Shown here: positions 10,779 through 21,115 of the stretch, one piece after another | Layout of the letters: each line of letters begins with the position of its first letter | How positions within the stretch are numbered: the first letter of the stretch is position 1 | Source: an uncultured beta proteobacterium | GTDB taxonomy: Bacteria > Pseudomonadota > Gammaproteobacteria > Burkholderiales > Burkholderiaceae | Assembly (NCBI GenBank): GCA_963738755.1 | Contig: CAVTXZ010000011.1 | Coordinates: 39,841-103,840 of the forward strand | DNA length: 64,000 nucleotides | Direction of reading: 5' to 3' | Made by a program: the position numbers and the translations under genes | The notes under the pieces: model-generated | Database searches by the model: none | Told to the model about the DNA's origin: nothing | What the model saw: the letters and a program-made list of their open reading frames with translations, nothing else

Positions 10779-11690
10779 TCAACCCGCGCCGAAAGCCATT
10801 TTCACTCCTGCTGGCGCGCCGTCGGCTTGCGCCTGCGCTGCATCAACTATTTGCATCGCCAGCAAGATAGCGACCGGTTGACGGCTGTGGACAGGACGTT
10901 CGACCAGACCGATTTCCCTGAAGAATGTGGCTTCCTCAAGACTCAAAGCAACCACCCCTTCCGGAAGCAACAGCGCAGATGTAGACGGAAGCAACGCTAC
11001 TCCCGCGCCGCGCCGAACGAGCTGAACAATCCCCTGAAGTTCATCAAGCTCTATCGCCTCCTTCACGGAAATCTTTGAACGGCGCAGAAATTGATCGACA
11101 AGTCTGCCATCGAAAGCGTTCCGGTCGTACCGGATGAACGGCAACGTTTCCAGCAATTCACGCCACGTGAAGCGTTCATGTGTCTCGGGTGCGAGCAGGA
11201 AGAAGGGCTCGGATAACAGCATTCGCCACTGAAGATCTGCGGGGAGAGTGAAGCGGGGTTTAATGATCACCGCCATATCCACCTCTCCGGAATCGACCTG
11301 TCCCAGCAAATTCAGGGAAACCCCTGGAACCAGCCTCACACGGCATTCCGGATTCTCAGATCGGAAGATTGCAACTGCGTCCGCGAGAAAAGAGGCCTGC
11401 GCCGAGGAAATGGCGCCGACACGGATCAAGCCGGCCCGGGAATTGGACGCGCTTCGGCCCAGCTTTGAATAGGCCGCCATGACTTCGTCGGCCACCGCCA
11501 GAGCCTCGTACCCAGCTGAATTGAGCACGGCATGCCGGCCGCTCCGATCGAATAACGCGAGGCCAAGCTCCTCCTCAAGCCTATGGATCTGCGCACTCAC
11601 TGCAGACTGCGTGAGCCCGATATTGGCGCCAGCGCTAGCGAACGATCCGTAGCGCACCACGGCCAAGAAGGTCTGAAGTTCCCGAAGCAT
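10779..11690 (-). CDS. LysR family transcriptional regulator
   Basis: HTH GSFASAGANIGLTQSAVSAQIHRLEEELGLALFDR; divergent from the ABC operon. Confidence 0.95.
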   Translation of the reverse strand: MLRELQTFLAVVRYGSFASAGANIGLTQSAVSAQIHRLEEELGLALFDRSGRHAVLNSAGYEALAVADEVMAAYSKLGRSASNSRAGLIRVGAISSAQASFLADAVAIFRSENPECRVRLVPGVSLNLLGQVDSGEVDMAVIIKPRFTLPADLQWRMLLSEPFFLLAPETHERFTWRELLETLPFIRYDRNAFDGRLVDQFLRRSKISVKEAIELDELQGIVQLVRRGAGVALLPSTSALLLPEGVVALSLEEATFFREIGLVERPVHSRQPVAILLAMQIVDAAQAQADGAPAGVKMAFGAG

Positions 11691-11698
11691 CGCGACTC

Positions 11699-11732
11699 AT
11701 CAAAAAAAATGTTCACAAGGGCAAAGACATAT
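11699..11732 (+). promoter_or_regulatory. Candidate LysR site ATC-N9-GTT plus downstream GGCAAAGACATAT box
   Basis: Immediately upstream of the LysR start; a similar element occurs at 15381-15412. Confidence 0.45.
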
Positions 11733-12015
11733 CGTTTTCGGTGCTTTAATTTTCGCCATAGACTACCCCTAAGCTTCCACCTTGAGAAGCGAAGAACTCC
11801 ACCACGACTTTCTACGCACCGGCATCTGAAGCGCTTGGCGAGCTCCATGACCTACCTGCCCTGTTGTTGCGTCGATTCTTATATGTCTACATAAAAACTG
11901 ATGCGTGTGAACCCTATGTGACCCAGGTAGCGCATTGCCGCATGTGCACCCTTCTTCCTGCACACTTCAGAACAAGATTTTCAAGTCGAGACCAATGTAA
12001 AGAGGAGTATTAGTC

Positions 12016-12915
12016 ATGCTTAAGAAGCTCAGGATTTTCTCAGGGATTGCTTTGCTGGCAATCGCGTGCAGCGCCATGGCTGACGATCTGGGCCCCACGC
12101 TGCAAAAGATCAAGGACACCGGAATCATTTCACTCGGCGTAAGGTATGACTCGCCTCCGTTCAACTATAACCTTGGCGGCAATCAACAGGCCGGATATTC
12201 CTACGACATCAGCACGCAGATCGTCGATGCCGTCAAACACCAACTGAATCTGCCGACGTTGCAGGTGAAGGAATTGAGCGTCACTTCCCAGAACCGGATC
12301 CCGCTGCTGATGAACGGCACAATAGATCTCGAGTGCGGTACGACTACCAACAACCTGGAGCGCGAGAAGCAGGTGGGATTTTCAACCACTATCTTCATCA
12401 TCGGTACTCGACTCCTTGTGAAAAAAGACAGCGGAATCAAGGAATGGTCAGACCTGAAGGGCCACAACGTCGTTGCAGCAGCAGGATCGACCGGTGAGCG
12501 TCTGTTGCGGGACATGAATGACAAGCAAAAGCTGGGAATGAGTGTCATCGGTGCCAAAGACGTGGGAGAGGCGTTCCTGATGCTGGAATCTGGCCGCGCT
12601 GCCGGGTATATGGACGACGATGCAATCCTGTACGCTGAGCGGGCCAAGGCGAGATCGCCGCAGGACTGGGTGGTGGTGGCCAAGCCTTTCACCCGCGAGG
12701 CTTATGGTTGCATGCTCCGCAAGGACGACGCACCGTTCAAGAAGCTGGTGGACAACGTCATTTCCAGAATGATGACGGATGGTTCGATCAACAGGCTCTA
12801 CACCAAATGGTTCACGCAGCCGATACCGCCGCGAGGATTCAACGTTGATTTCCCAATGTCTTCCGATATGAAGACTCTAATCTCCAATCCGAACGATAAG
12901 GCGCTCGACGAGTAG
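12016..12915 (+). CDS. Polar amino acid ABC transporter substrate-binding protein (GltI-like, Glu/Asp family)
   Basis: Signal peptide; TLQKIKDTG, TSQNRIPLLMNGTIDLECGTTTNNLER and KWFTQPIPPRG. Confidence 0.93.
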   Translation: MLKKLRIFSGIALLAIACSAMADDLGPTLQKIKDTGIISLGVRYDSPPFNYNLGGNQQAGYSYDISTQIVDAVKHQLNLPTLQVKELSVTSQNRIPLLMNGTIDLECGTTTNNLEREKQVGFSTTIFIIGTRLLVKKDSGIKEWSDLKGHNVVAAAGSTGERLLRDMNDKQKLGMSVIGAKDVGEAFLMLESGRAAGYMDDDAILYAERAKARSPQDWVVVAKPFTREAYGCMLRKDDAPFKKLVDNVISRMMTDGSINRLYTKWFTQPIPPRGFNVDFPMSSDMKTLISNPNDKALDE

Positions 12916-12939
12916 ATGGGTCTGTATCGAACATTGACG

Positions 12940-12963
12940 GCCGGAAGGCAGCCACCTTCCGGC
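12940..12963 (+). terminator. Intercistronic hairpin after the binding-protein gene (mRNA stabiliser or attenuator)
   Basis: Perfect 9-bp stem GCCGGAAGG/CCTTCCGGC with a 6-nt loop and no U-tract. Confidence 0.5.
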
Positions 12964-13133
12964 ACGGCATAGACCAGTACTCACGAACTCGTTAGAAAAT
13001 CGGCGCGCAGGCGTGTGGCCATCTCCAGTGACCAGAACGACGCGCAAGATCCACGCTTTACTTTTGGCGAATGTCGAAAGACTGCGAACTAACCTGAAGC
13101 GCTCCGCAGTCGGGACACGTTCATACGGATACC

Positions 13134-13862
13134 ATGCCTTATCTTTTCCATTGGAGCGTATTTCTTGAAAAATCCTCCTCTACTGAGACATACCTTGATT
13201 GGATAGTATCCGGACTGAAGGTCACAATCGCCATTGGATTGACCTCGTGGATCATCGCGCTTTGCATAGGCTCCGTTCTCGGAGTGATGCGCACCCTGCA
13301 GAACAGGTGGGCATCCGGATTCGCCAGTGCATACGTCGAACTCTTTAGAAATGTTCCGCTGCTCGTGCAGTTGTTTATCTGGTACTTCGTCGTTCCAGAA
13401 CTGTTGCCCGGCGGCGAAGCGATTAAAAAGATGAATCCTGTCGCCCAGCAATTCCTGGCCGGCGTCATCTGTTTAGGAACATTCACGGCCGCCCGGATTT
13501 GCGAGCAGGTACGTTCCGGCATTGGCAGCCTTTCGCGTGGTCAGGGAAACGCAGGCCTCGCTCTGGGTCTGACCTCTCTACAGACTTACCGCTATGTAGT
13601 GCTGCCCATGGCATTCCGCATCATTGTGCCGCCGCTCACAACGGAGTTTGTCAACATATTTCAGAATTCTGCCGTGGCCTCAACCATCGGCCTTCTGGAT
13701 CTGGCCGGCCAGGGCCGCCAGTTAGTCGATTACACGGCCCGCCCTTATGAGTCGTTTATCGCGGTAACGCTGTTGTACTGCCTCCTCAACGTGGCTGTGA
13801 TGATGCTGATGCGCTGGATCGAACGACGCGCTCGCGTTCCAGGTTACATCGGCAGCAAATAA
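13134..13862 (+). CDS. Amino acid ABC transporter permease (GltJ-like)
   Basis: YVELFRNVPLLVQLFIWYFVVPELLP and EAA-like loop EQVRSGIGSLSRGQ. Confidence 0.93.
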   Translation: MPYLFHWSVFLEKSSSTETYLDWIVSGLKVTIAIGLTSWIIALCIGSVLGVMRTLQNRWASGFASAYVELFRNVPLLVQLFIWYFVVPELLPGGEAIKKMNPVAQQFLAGVICLGTFTAARICEQVRSGIGSLSRGQGNAGLALGLTSLQTYRYVVLPMAFRIIVPPLTTEFVNIFQNSAVASTIGLLDLAGQGRQLVDYTARPYESFIAVTLLYCLLNVAVMMLMRWIERRARVPGYIGSK

Positions 13863-13871
13863 GAGATCAAT

Positions 13872-14558
13872 ATGGCCTACCAATTCGATTTCAGCCTGAT
13901 CAATCCTGCCAACCTTAAAGTGCTTGGCGACGGCATGCTGGTATCCCTCGAGATCACCTTAACGGGGGCGCTCGTCGGTATTGTATGGGGATCGATTCTT
14001 GCGATGATGCGCCTGTCTTCGAATCGGCCGTTGAGCTGGTTCGCAGAGGGATACGTGACCGTCTGCCGCTCGATTCCGCTCGTGATGGTCTTGCTGTGGT
14101 TCTTCCTGATCGTCCCACAGTTGCTACAGAATGTATTACACCTGTCGGCTGCCTCGGATCTGCGGATGACGTCCTCGCTGATAGCTTTCTCGCTGTTCGA
14201 AGCCGCCTACTGCTCCGAGATTATCCGCGCGGGCATTCAGGGCGTTCCACGTGGTCAGCTATTTGCAGCACAAGCGCTGGGAATGCACTACGGACAAGTC
14301 ATGCTCCTGGTGATCCTGCCGCAGGCCTTTCGCAATATGGTGCCGCTTCTTCTGATGCAGGGAATTATCCTTTTCCAGGACACATCGCTTGTCTACGTCA
14401 GTGCATTAGCAGACTTCTTCGGCCGAGCCTACGACATTGGTGAACGCGACGGACGCACGGTAGACATGCTGCTATTCGCCGGCTTCGTATATTTCGTGAT
14501 CTGCTTCATCGCCTCCCGGACGGTAAGGCGTCTCCAGAGAAAAAGGGCTTCCATATGA
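13872..14558 (+). CDS. Amino acid ABC transporter permease (GltK-like)
   Basis: [28 protein letters not shown] and [10 protein letters not shown]. Confidence 0.93.
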   Translation: MAYQFDFSLINPANLKVLGDGMLVSLEITLTGALVGIVWGSILAMMRLSSNRPLSWFAEGYVTVCRSIPLVMVLLWFFLIVPQLLQNVLHLSAASDLRMTSSLIAFSLFEAAYCSEIIRAGIQGVPRGQLFAAQALGMHYGQVMLLVILPQAFRNMVPLLLMQGIILFQDTSLVYVSALADFFGRAYDIGERDGRTVDMLLFAGFVYFVICFIASRTVRRLQRKRASI

Positions 14559-15289
14559 TCGAGATAATCAACGTATCCAAGCATTACGGGGCTTTCCAGG
14601 TACTAACCGATTGCACCACCCAGGTCGCCAAGGGTGAGGTGGTCGTGGTATGCGGTCCCTCTGGATCAGGCAAATCGACGCTGATCAAGACCATCAACGG
14701 CTTGGAGCCGATACAGAAAGGTGACATCCTGGTCAACGGAACACCCGTCTGTAGCCCGACGACGAATCTTTCGAAGCTTCGGTCAAAGGTCGGCATGGTG
14801 TTTCAGCACTTCGAACTGTTTCCCCACCTGACGATCGCCGGGAATCTGACGCTCGGGCAGATCAAGGTGCTGGGTCGCGGCAAGGACGAGGCAACCGACA
14901 AGGGTCTGAAACTGCTCGACCGCGTCGGTCTCAAGACGCAGGCGGACAAGTACCCGGGTCAGTTGTCCGGCGGCCAGCAGCAGCGCGTGGCAATTGCCCG
15001 TGCGCTCTCGATGGACCCGATCGCCATGCTGTTCGACGAGCCAACGTCGGCGCTCGATCCCGAGATGATCAACGAGGTTCTCGATGTGATGGTCGAGCTC
15101 GCGCGCGAAGGGATGACGATGATGTGCGTGACGCATGAGATGGGTTTCGCGAGGAAGGTTGCACACCGCGTGGTCTTCATGGATCAGGGCAGAATATTGG
15201 AAGACACTCTGAAGGACGAATTCTTCGGCAATGTTGAGGGACGGACGGATCGGGCGAAACAGTTCCTTTCGAGAATTCTCCACCACTAA
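14555..15289 (+). CDS. Amino acid ABC transporter ATP-binding protein (GltL-like)
   Basis: Walker A GPSGSGKS, signature LSGGQQQR, Walker [12 protein letters not shown]. Confidence 0.95.
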   Translation: MIEIINVSKHYGAFQVLTDCTTQVAKGEVVVVCGPSGSGKSTLIKTINGLEPIQKGDILVNGTPVCSPTTNLSKLRSKVGMVFQHFELFPHLTIAGNLTLGQIKVLGRGKDEATDKGLKLLDRVGLKTQADKYPGQLSGGQQQRVAIARALSMDPIAMLFDEPTSALDPEMINEVLDVMVELAREGMTMMCVTHEMGFARKVAHRVVFMDQGRILEDTLKDEFFGNVEGRTDRAKQFLSRILHH

Positions 15290-15380
15290 CCTGTTTCGCA
15301 GAAGGTTTCACAACGACGTCAAAGCTTCGACTCTCCGCTCCCGACGACGGCCCTCGTTTTTTCGTTGATCAGTTCAACCC

Positions 15381-15412
15381 ATCAAAATATTTGGTGAGTG
15401 GCAACGATATAT
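15381..15412 (+). promoter_or_regulatory. Second copy of the candidate LysR site (ATC-N9-GGT ... GGCAACGATATAT)
   Basis: Resembles 11699-11732; lies in the AT-rich region upstream of the aminotransferase. Confidence 0.4.
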
Positions 15413-15530
15413 ATTGATTTTCCTTTTAACGCTATGCAACTACCATGGTTATTACCAAGTACATTGATTAGGAAACCGTATTTCCTTCCTGGATGAAATA
15501 AACACTCAGTAAAACCTACCCCTTCATTTC

Positions 15531-15554
15531 AACCCTGGTTAATCAACCAGGGTT
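15531..15554. repeat. Perfect 10-bp inverted repeat AACCCTGGTT-aatc-AACCAGGGTT
   Basis: Read directly; ends 21 bp before the aminotransferase ATG. Confidence 0.75.
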
Positions 15555-15575
15555 ATATTACGAAGCCGATCGCCC

Positions 15576-16772
15576 ATGCTATCCAAACTTCTTGGTGAAG
15601 TTAAACCTTCACCGACGCTTTCCATTACGAGGCGTGCAGCCGACATGCGTCGAAGAGGCATCGACGTTGTGAGTCTTTCTCAGGGAGAACCAGACTTCCC
15701 TACTCCCGACCATATCTGCGAGGCGGCGAAACGCGCAATTGACTCTGGCGCCACTCGCTACACCGACGTTGACGGCACCCCCGAGTTGAAGGAAGCCATC
15801 GTTCGAAAATTCTGGCGCGACAACAGCCTTTCTTACGATGTCAGCGAAATCAGTGTTGGCACGGGCGGCAAGCAGGTTATTTTCAATGCACTGTTTGCTT
15901 CAGTTAATCCTGGCGACGAGGTCATTCTCCCGGCGCCCTATTATGTCTCGTATCCCGACATGGTTCGGTTGGCGGGCGCTGTGCCCGTCGAAGTCGCGTG
16001 CAGCGAAGCACAGGGGTTCAGGATTACCCCAGAGCAGCTTCGCGAAGCGATTACGCCTCGCACCAAGTGGTTGATTCTTAACTCTCCTGGCAACCCTACT
16101 GGAGCAGGTTATTCGCGCGTAGAACTGAACGCGCTGGCGGCGGAGCTCCTCAGGCATCCGCACGTTCTGGTGATGACGGACGACATCTACGAACATATTC
16201 GCTATGACGGGTGGCAGTTCTCGACCATCGGGTCGGAAGCACCAGATCTGCGCGAGCGGATTCTTACCGTCAATGGCATGTCGAAGGCTTACTCAATGAC
16301 AGGATGGCGCATCGGCTACGCCGGTGGTCCGAAGTCGCTCATCGAGGCGATGGCAACTATCCAGTCACAAAGCACCAGCAACCCCTGCTCCGTCTCTCAA
16401 GCTGCAGCACAAGCCGCATTGGACAGTCCGATGGATTTCATCACGGAACGCAATCAGGCGTTCCAACGCAGGCGCGACATGGCGTTGAGCAAATTGAACG
16501 CGATCGACGGCATTCGCTGCAGAAGTCCAGAGGGTGCGTTCTATCTGTTCCCCTCCTGCGAAGGACTGATCGGCAGAGCAACGCCAGAAGGAAAGGTTCT
16601 GCAAAACGACCTCGACCTCTGTCAATACCTGTTTGATCACGCGCACGTTGCAGTGGTGCCTGGCAGCGCCTTTGGTACCGGAGGGCATTTCCGGATTTCG
16701 TTTGCTACGTCAGACGAGCGTCTGGCGCTGGGGTGTGATCGCATTAGTCAAGCTTGCGAGCGGCTGGCTTAG
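15576..16772 (+). CDS. PLP-dependent class I/II aminotransferase (aspartate aminotransferase subgroup Ib)
   Basis: GEPDF, GGKQ, NSPGNPTG, DDIYEH and PLP lysine motif SKAYSMTGWRIGY. Confidence 0.95.
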   Translation: MLSKLLGEVKPSPTLSITRRAADMRRRGIDVVSLSQGEPDFPTPDHICEAAKRAIDSGATRYTDVDGTPELKEAIVRKFWRDNSLSYDVSEISVGTGGKQVIFNALFASVNPGDEVILPAPYYVSYPDMVRLAGAVPVEVACSEAQGFRITPEQLREAITPRTKWLILNSPGNPTGAGYSRVELNALAAELLRHPHVLVMTDDIYEHIRYDGWQFSTIGSEAPDLRERILTVNGMSKAYSMTGWRIGYAGGPKSLIEAMATIQSQSTSNPCSVSQAAAQAALDSPMDFITERNQAFQRRRDMALSKLNAIDGIRCRSPEGAFYLFPSCEGLIGRATPEGKVLQNDLDLCQYLFDHAHVAVVPGSAFGTGGHFRISFATSDERLALGCDRISQACERLA

Positions 16773-16875
16773 ACAAATCCGGGAGCATGCACCTGCATGC
16801 CGGGCGGAATCCGGGTAACGGAGAAATTCTCTTTGTGAGGCACTTCCGCATCTATCGAACACTAGTGAGACTCCC

Positions 16876-17662
16876 ATGGACTTAGGTATCAAGAATCGCG
16901 TTGCGCTTGTCATGTCAGCCGGTGGTGGACTCGGCTCAGCTATCGCCCTGGCGCTCGCTCGCGAAGGCGCGACGGTCGCCGTGTCGGATCAGAATCGCGA
17001 AGCACTGGAAGACACCGTATCGCGCATTCGCGCGGCTGGAGGCGAGGCCTACGGCTTCCAGGCCGACCTGGCCGACCTGGAAAGCATCACTGCCATGGTC
17101 GCGGATGTCAGAAGCACGCTGGGCGACCCGCAAATCCTGATCAACAATTCCGGCGGACCGCCCCCTTCGCCGGCCTGCAGGTGTGGCAGCGGAACAGTGG
17201 CGAAAGCAATTTGACGCGATGGTTCTGTCACTGATGCATCTCACTGACCTGCTGTTGCCCGCGATGAAACAGGAAGGTTGGGGGCGCATCGTCACGAGCG
17301 CTTCCTCCGGCGTGGTCGCACCCATACCCAACCTCGGCATGTCCAATGCGTTGCGCCTCGCCTTGTTGGGCTGGTCGAAGACATTGGCCAATGAGGTCGC
17401 TGCCGATGGCATCTGCGTCAACGTCGTTCTGCCAGGACGAATCGCGACGGACCGCATCCGTTCACTGGACGAGGCACGTGCAAGCCGCGAAGGCAAGACC
17501 TACGAGGAAGTCGTTGCCGCGAGCACGGCGTCGATACCGGTCGGGCGCTATGGCAAACCCGACGAATATGCTGACGCAGTGGCATTCCTCGCCAGCGAGC
17601 GCGCGGCTTTCATAACGGGCTCCGTTATACGCGTCGACGGCGGCATGATCCCCAGTATTTAA
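16876..17662 (+). CDS. Short-chain dehydrogenase/reductase (SDR); +1 frameshift near 17175
   Basis: MDLGIKNRVALVMSAGGGLG, LINNSGGPPP, then SNALRLAL, VNVVLPGRIATDR and ITGSVIRVDGG. Confidence 0.88.
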
Positions 17663-17684
17663 TCGATCTATTCCAAAGGAACAG

Positions 17685-18384
17685 ATGATGGAAACAATTC
17701 CTGTAGTGCGAAGCGCAGCGGATCGCGAGGCCATTCGCCAACGATTTTTGTTAGTGGACACATCCAACGTCGCCGACGTGCTCGACACGCTCGGTTTGTT
17801 CCACCAGGGACTCTCGTCGGTCCTTGTCCCCTATCCTGCTTCGTGCAGCAAGCTGGCAGGCTGGGCATATACGATTCGCGGTCAGATGTCTCCGTATCGA
17901 ACTCGGCGGCGACCCGGACAAGATGAAAGCCTGCGCAGGGGTGTCGACAGGCGATGTCACGGTCTGGAGCGGCGACGGGGAAGGTGTCTGCTATTTCGGC
18001 GAACTCATCGCCATTGGAATGAAAGAGCGAGGCTGCGTGGGATCGCTAGTCGACGGCGGCATTCGCGACATTCGCTGGATTGCCGACCAGGATTTTCCGG
18101 TGTTCGCGCGCTATCGCACTCCAGTGCAATCCATTGCGCGCTGGAAGGTCAATGGCTGGCAAGTGCCAGTGAGCATCCGTGGCGCGACCTCTCAATGGGT
18201 AACAGTACGCCCCGGCGACTTCGTGCTCGGTGATGAAGATGGTGTCCTGGTCATTCCAGACGAAGTGGTCGAGACGGTGCTGGTCGAAGCAGAACGCTTA
18301 ACGGAGAAGGAAAGGCTCATCCGTATCGATTTGCAACAAGGGCTTAGTCTGGCTGAGGCATTGGCGAAGTACGGGCATGTCTGA
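17685..18384 (+). CDS. RraA family protein / putative HMG-CHA aldolase; +1 frameshift near 17898
   Basis: DTSNVADVLD, G.AYT, FGE-X20-RD and VRPGDFVLGDEDGVLVIP. Confidence 0.85.
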
Positions 18385-18546
18385 TCATGTAATGCCGCCC
18401 GGCCACTCCATGATCGCGAGCGTCAGGTTCACGCGTCGCGAGATACTTTCGCGCGATGCCTCGCACAGCGGCTGAGAGGCAAACCACAGACTGCTATCGC
18501 TACAAACCGCGGCGACATGGGGAAACGGGCTCTTGCAGACCGTTTC

Positions 18547-19626
18547 CTAGAAATAGTGACGCAGCCCGATTGCCGCGACGCCCTGCGCGGAACTCGAACT
18601 GGGCGACATTCCGAATATTTGTGCAGGGCGGCCACCCGTCGCATGCTGGAAGACGTAAGTCACGTAAATGTCTGTGGCCTTGCTGAGTCTGTAGTCGTAG
18701 ACCACGCCATATGTGCTTCGGATACTCGCGTAGAAAACGTTTTTTGCACCGTTGTTTTTGTCGAGGTACGTGTATTCCACTCCGGCAACCTGGAACGGTG
18801 TGATGTTGTATCGCACACCGACATCAAAGATGCTGGCAACGTCGCCGGTCAGCGTCCATCGCGAGTTGGTATAGAGCGCATTGACGATAAAGTCGCCCAG
18901 AGACGTCGTGCCGCCTACACCCAGCGTACGCAACGTCCCTGGTGTCAGATTGTCCTTCCGGATCGTGTAAACAGCGCCCACTAGCGTCCCGGTCGTCGTC
19001 CACGTCGCTCCATAGCTTTGCGTGCTATTAGGCGAGCCGATTCCCGGCGCGTCGCCGAATCCGTACATCGCGCCAAAGCTCAATGACTTCACAGGACTCC
19101 ACGTTGCCTTCACTGAGCTATCGACTTCACCTCCCCCAATGCGATCGAGCGAGGGATTGCTGCCGTTGTTGCCAAAGAAGTTGGCGTTGATTGCCGGGTG
19201 GAACTCTAGCGATGTACCGTACCAGGAGTTCGCGGTAGTCTGCAGGTAGTCCAGCATGAAGTCCGGCTGCCTGCCGAATAACACCTGCACCTTATCGTTG
19301 GCCAGTCCGACGTAAGCGTAACGACCGAAGATCCGCTGCGCAGTCGACGTGCTCTGGCCGAGCACCCCGTTGTTCAGCGAGAATCCGCTTTCAAGCCGGA
19401 ATACCGCCTTGAGGCCTCCGCCAAGATCCTCACGGCCCTGGAGGCCCCATCGGTCTCCGCGCATCATGCTGCTGGCCTCCTGCACACTATGGTGCCCACC
19501 CTGATTGGTGGTGTATTGAATCCCAACGTCAAGGATTCCATATAATGTGACGGAACTCTGAGCGTGCGCAATGGGTGTAGCCGATACGACGACGCCTGCA
19601 GCAACCGGATAGAGCCATGACTTCAT
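18547..19626 (-). CDS. Gram-negative trimeric porin (Burkholderia OmpC/OpcP type)
   Basis: AHAQSSVTLYG, RWGLQGREDLGGG, YRLSKAT and C-terminal GLRHYF. Confidence 0.93.
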   Translation of the reverse strand: MKSWLYPVAAGVVVSATPIAHAQSSVTLYGILDVGIQYTTNQGGHHSVQEASSMMRGDRWGLQGREDLGGGLKAVFRLESGFSLNNGVLGQSTSTAQRIFGRYAYVGLANDKVQVLFGRQPDFMLDYLQTTANSWYGTSLEFHPAINANFFGNNGSNPSLDRIGGGEVDSSVKATWSPVKSLSFGAMYGFGDAPGIGSPNSTQSYGATWTTTGTLVGAVYTIRKDNLTPGTLRTLGVGGTTSLGDFIVNALYTNSRWTLTGDVASIFDVGVRYNITPFQVAGVEYTYLDKNNGAKNVFYASIRSTYGVVYDYRLSKATDIYVTYVFQHATGGRPAQIFGMSPSSSSAQGVAAIGLRHYF

Positions 19627-19908
19627 TTTTTCCCCTTGTGTTAGTGAGTGTACAAAGTCGCGGCTTGTGTGACGACACCCTGATTAAGTGTGCCGACCGT
19701 TCTGTACTCCGCGTAATGACTTAAAGTGCCGGGTCATTAATCGGCGCACAAGACTCCAGACTGGAACATCACATTCCGAATCTGGTCATCCGGGTTTTCA
19801 CGGTATGAGCGGGAACGAGTCGAGGGGATACGGCGAAGGAATTTTTTGCACTGCAAGACGCGAGCGCGCGAACAAGCCTGCGCCGGTTAAAAGGCGGCGT
19901 AGCGGGGT

Positions 19909-20796
19909 CTACACCTTTTCGCTGTTGAAGTGCCTGGCCAGAAAATCCACGAATGACCGTACTTTTGGAGAGAGAGTGCGGTGCCGTGGAAAGACCGCAT
20001 TGATCTCCCGCTCGCCTCTTTCCCAATCCAGCATGACCCGTACCAATCTGCCCTCTGCAATGTCTTGATGACACAGATAGTCGGGCAACCAGGCCAATCC
20101 CGACCCTGCCAACAGGACGGTCCGAAGCGTACTCGTGTCATTGGCAAAGAAACGCGGATGCACGGCAATAGAAGACGACTCTTCGCCTCGACGCAAACGC
20201 CACTCGCACGGGCCGTCGGCAATATCTAGGAGAAAATGGGCCGGAAGGTCGGCCGGCGACTCCGGCGTGCCGCTTTTGCGCAGATAGGCAGGCGTGGAAA
20301 CCAGCACCAGCCTGGCGCTCCCCAGTCTTTTCGCAATCAACCTGGAATCCTCCAGCGCGCCCGTTCGAATGACGACATCCATTTCGTCCGTGAGCGGTTC
20401 CATCTTGCTGCTGGTGAGTTCCAGGGACACCTGGACGTCTGGATAGGTAGCGAGATATTCGGGGACAAGCGGCGCAATCATGAACTGCCCGGGCGTGACC
20501 GGCGAGCTGACTCGCAGAAGCCCCCGCGGAGTCAGTCGCACCTGCCCGACCTTTTCCTCCGCTTCTTCTACCTCGTCGAGTATCTTCTTTGCAGACTCCG
20601 CAAACAGCAGGCCGGTATCGGTCAACGCCACCTTGCGATTGGACCGGATAATCAATGCTACGCCCAGATGCTCTTCAAGCCGCGTAAGAGACCGGCTGAC
20701 CGAAGACTTGGGCATCGCCAGCACCCGCGCTACTGAACTAAAGCTCATCAACTCGGAAAGCTTCGAAAATACGCGAATGTCGATGAGTTCAATCAT
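19909..20796 (-). CDS. LysR family regulator (CrgA/DmlR-like)
   Basis: SFSSVARVLAMPKSSVSRSLTRLEEHLG, PRGLLRVS and SPKVRSFVDFL. Confidence 0.93.
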   Translation of the reverse strand: MIELIDIRVFSKLSELMSFSSVARVLAMPKSSVSRSLTRLEEHLGVALIIRSNRKVALTDTGLLFAESAKKILDEVEEAEEKVGQVRLTPRGLLRVSSPVTPGQFMIAPLVPEYLATYPDVQVSLELTSSKMEPLTDEMDVVIRTGALEDSRLIAKRLGSARLVLVSTPAYLRKSGTPESPADLPAHFLLDIADGPCEWRLRRGEESSSIAVHPRFFANDTSTLRTVLLAGSGLAWLPDYLCHQDIAEGRLVRVMLDWERGEREINAVFPRHRTLSPKVRSFVDFLARHFNSEKV

Positions 20797-20830
20797 ATGT
20801 TTCCGGATGCTCGACCGTTGATGCCGACGG

Positions 20831-20847
20831 TGTTCCCGATTGAAACA
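20831..20847. promoter_or_regulatory. Candidate LysR box TGTTCCCGATTGAAACA
   Basis: T-N11-A core within an imperfect dyad about 35 bp upstream of the LysR start. Confidence 0.4.
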
Positions 20848-20984
20848 AAATTCTTTCCAGTCGGCAAACTGCAGCTCCATAGATACGTAATGGTTTTGTA
20901 ACGCCGACAATAACATCTGTCAAACCGGTATTTCCAGCACGCTTTGGCGCACAGCGCCGCCCTTGCCTCTGCGTTTTCGCTTAC

Positions 20985-21012
20985 CGCCGTGTTCCCAACC
21001 GGGAACACGGCG
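20985..21012. repeat. Perfect 12-bp inverted repeat CGCCGTGTTCCC-aacc-GGGAACACGGCG
   Basis: Read directly; followed by TTTC on the + strand; lies upstream of the flavin reductase. Confidence 0.7.
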
Positions 21013-21115
21013 TTTCAGGTATGCGCCTTGATATCGACGCAGGCCAGTGCAACGATAGGACCTAACTTGCGCATACCGGTGCGCGCTCCCCGAAACCCTA
21101 TCCACGAGGTCAGCG

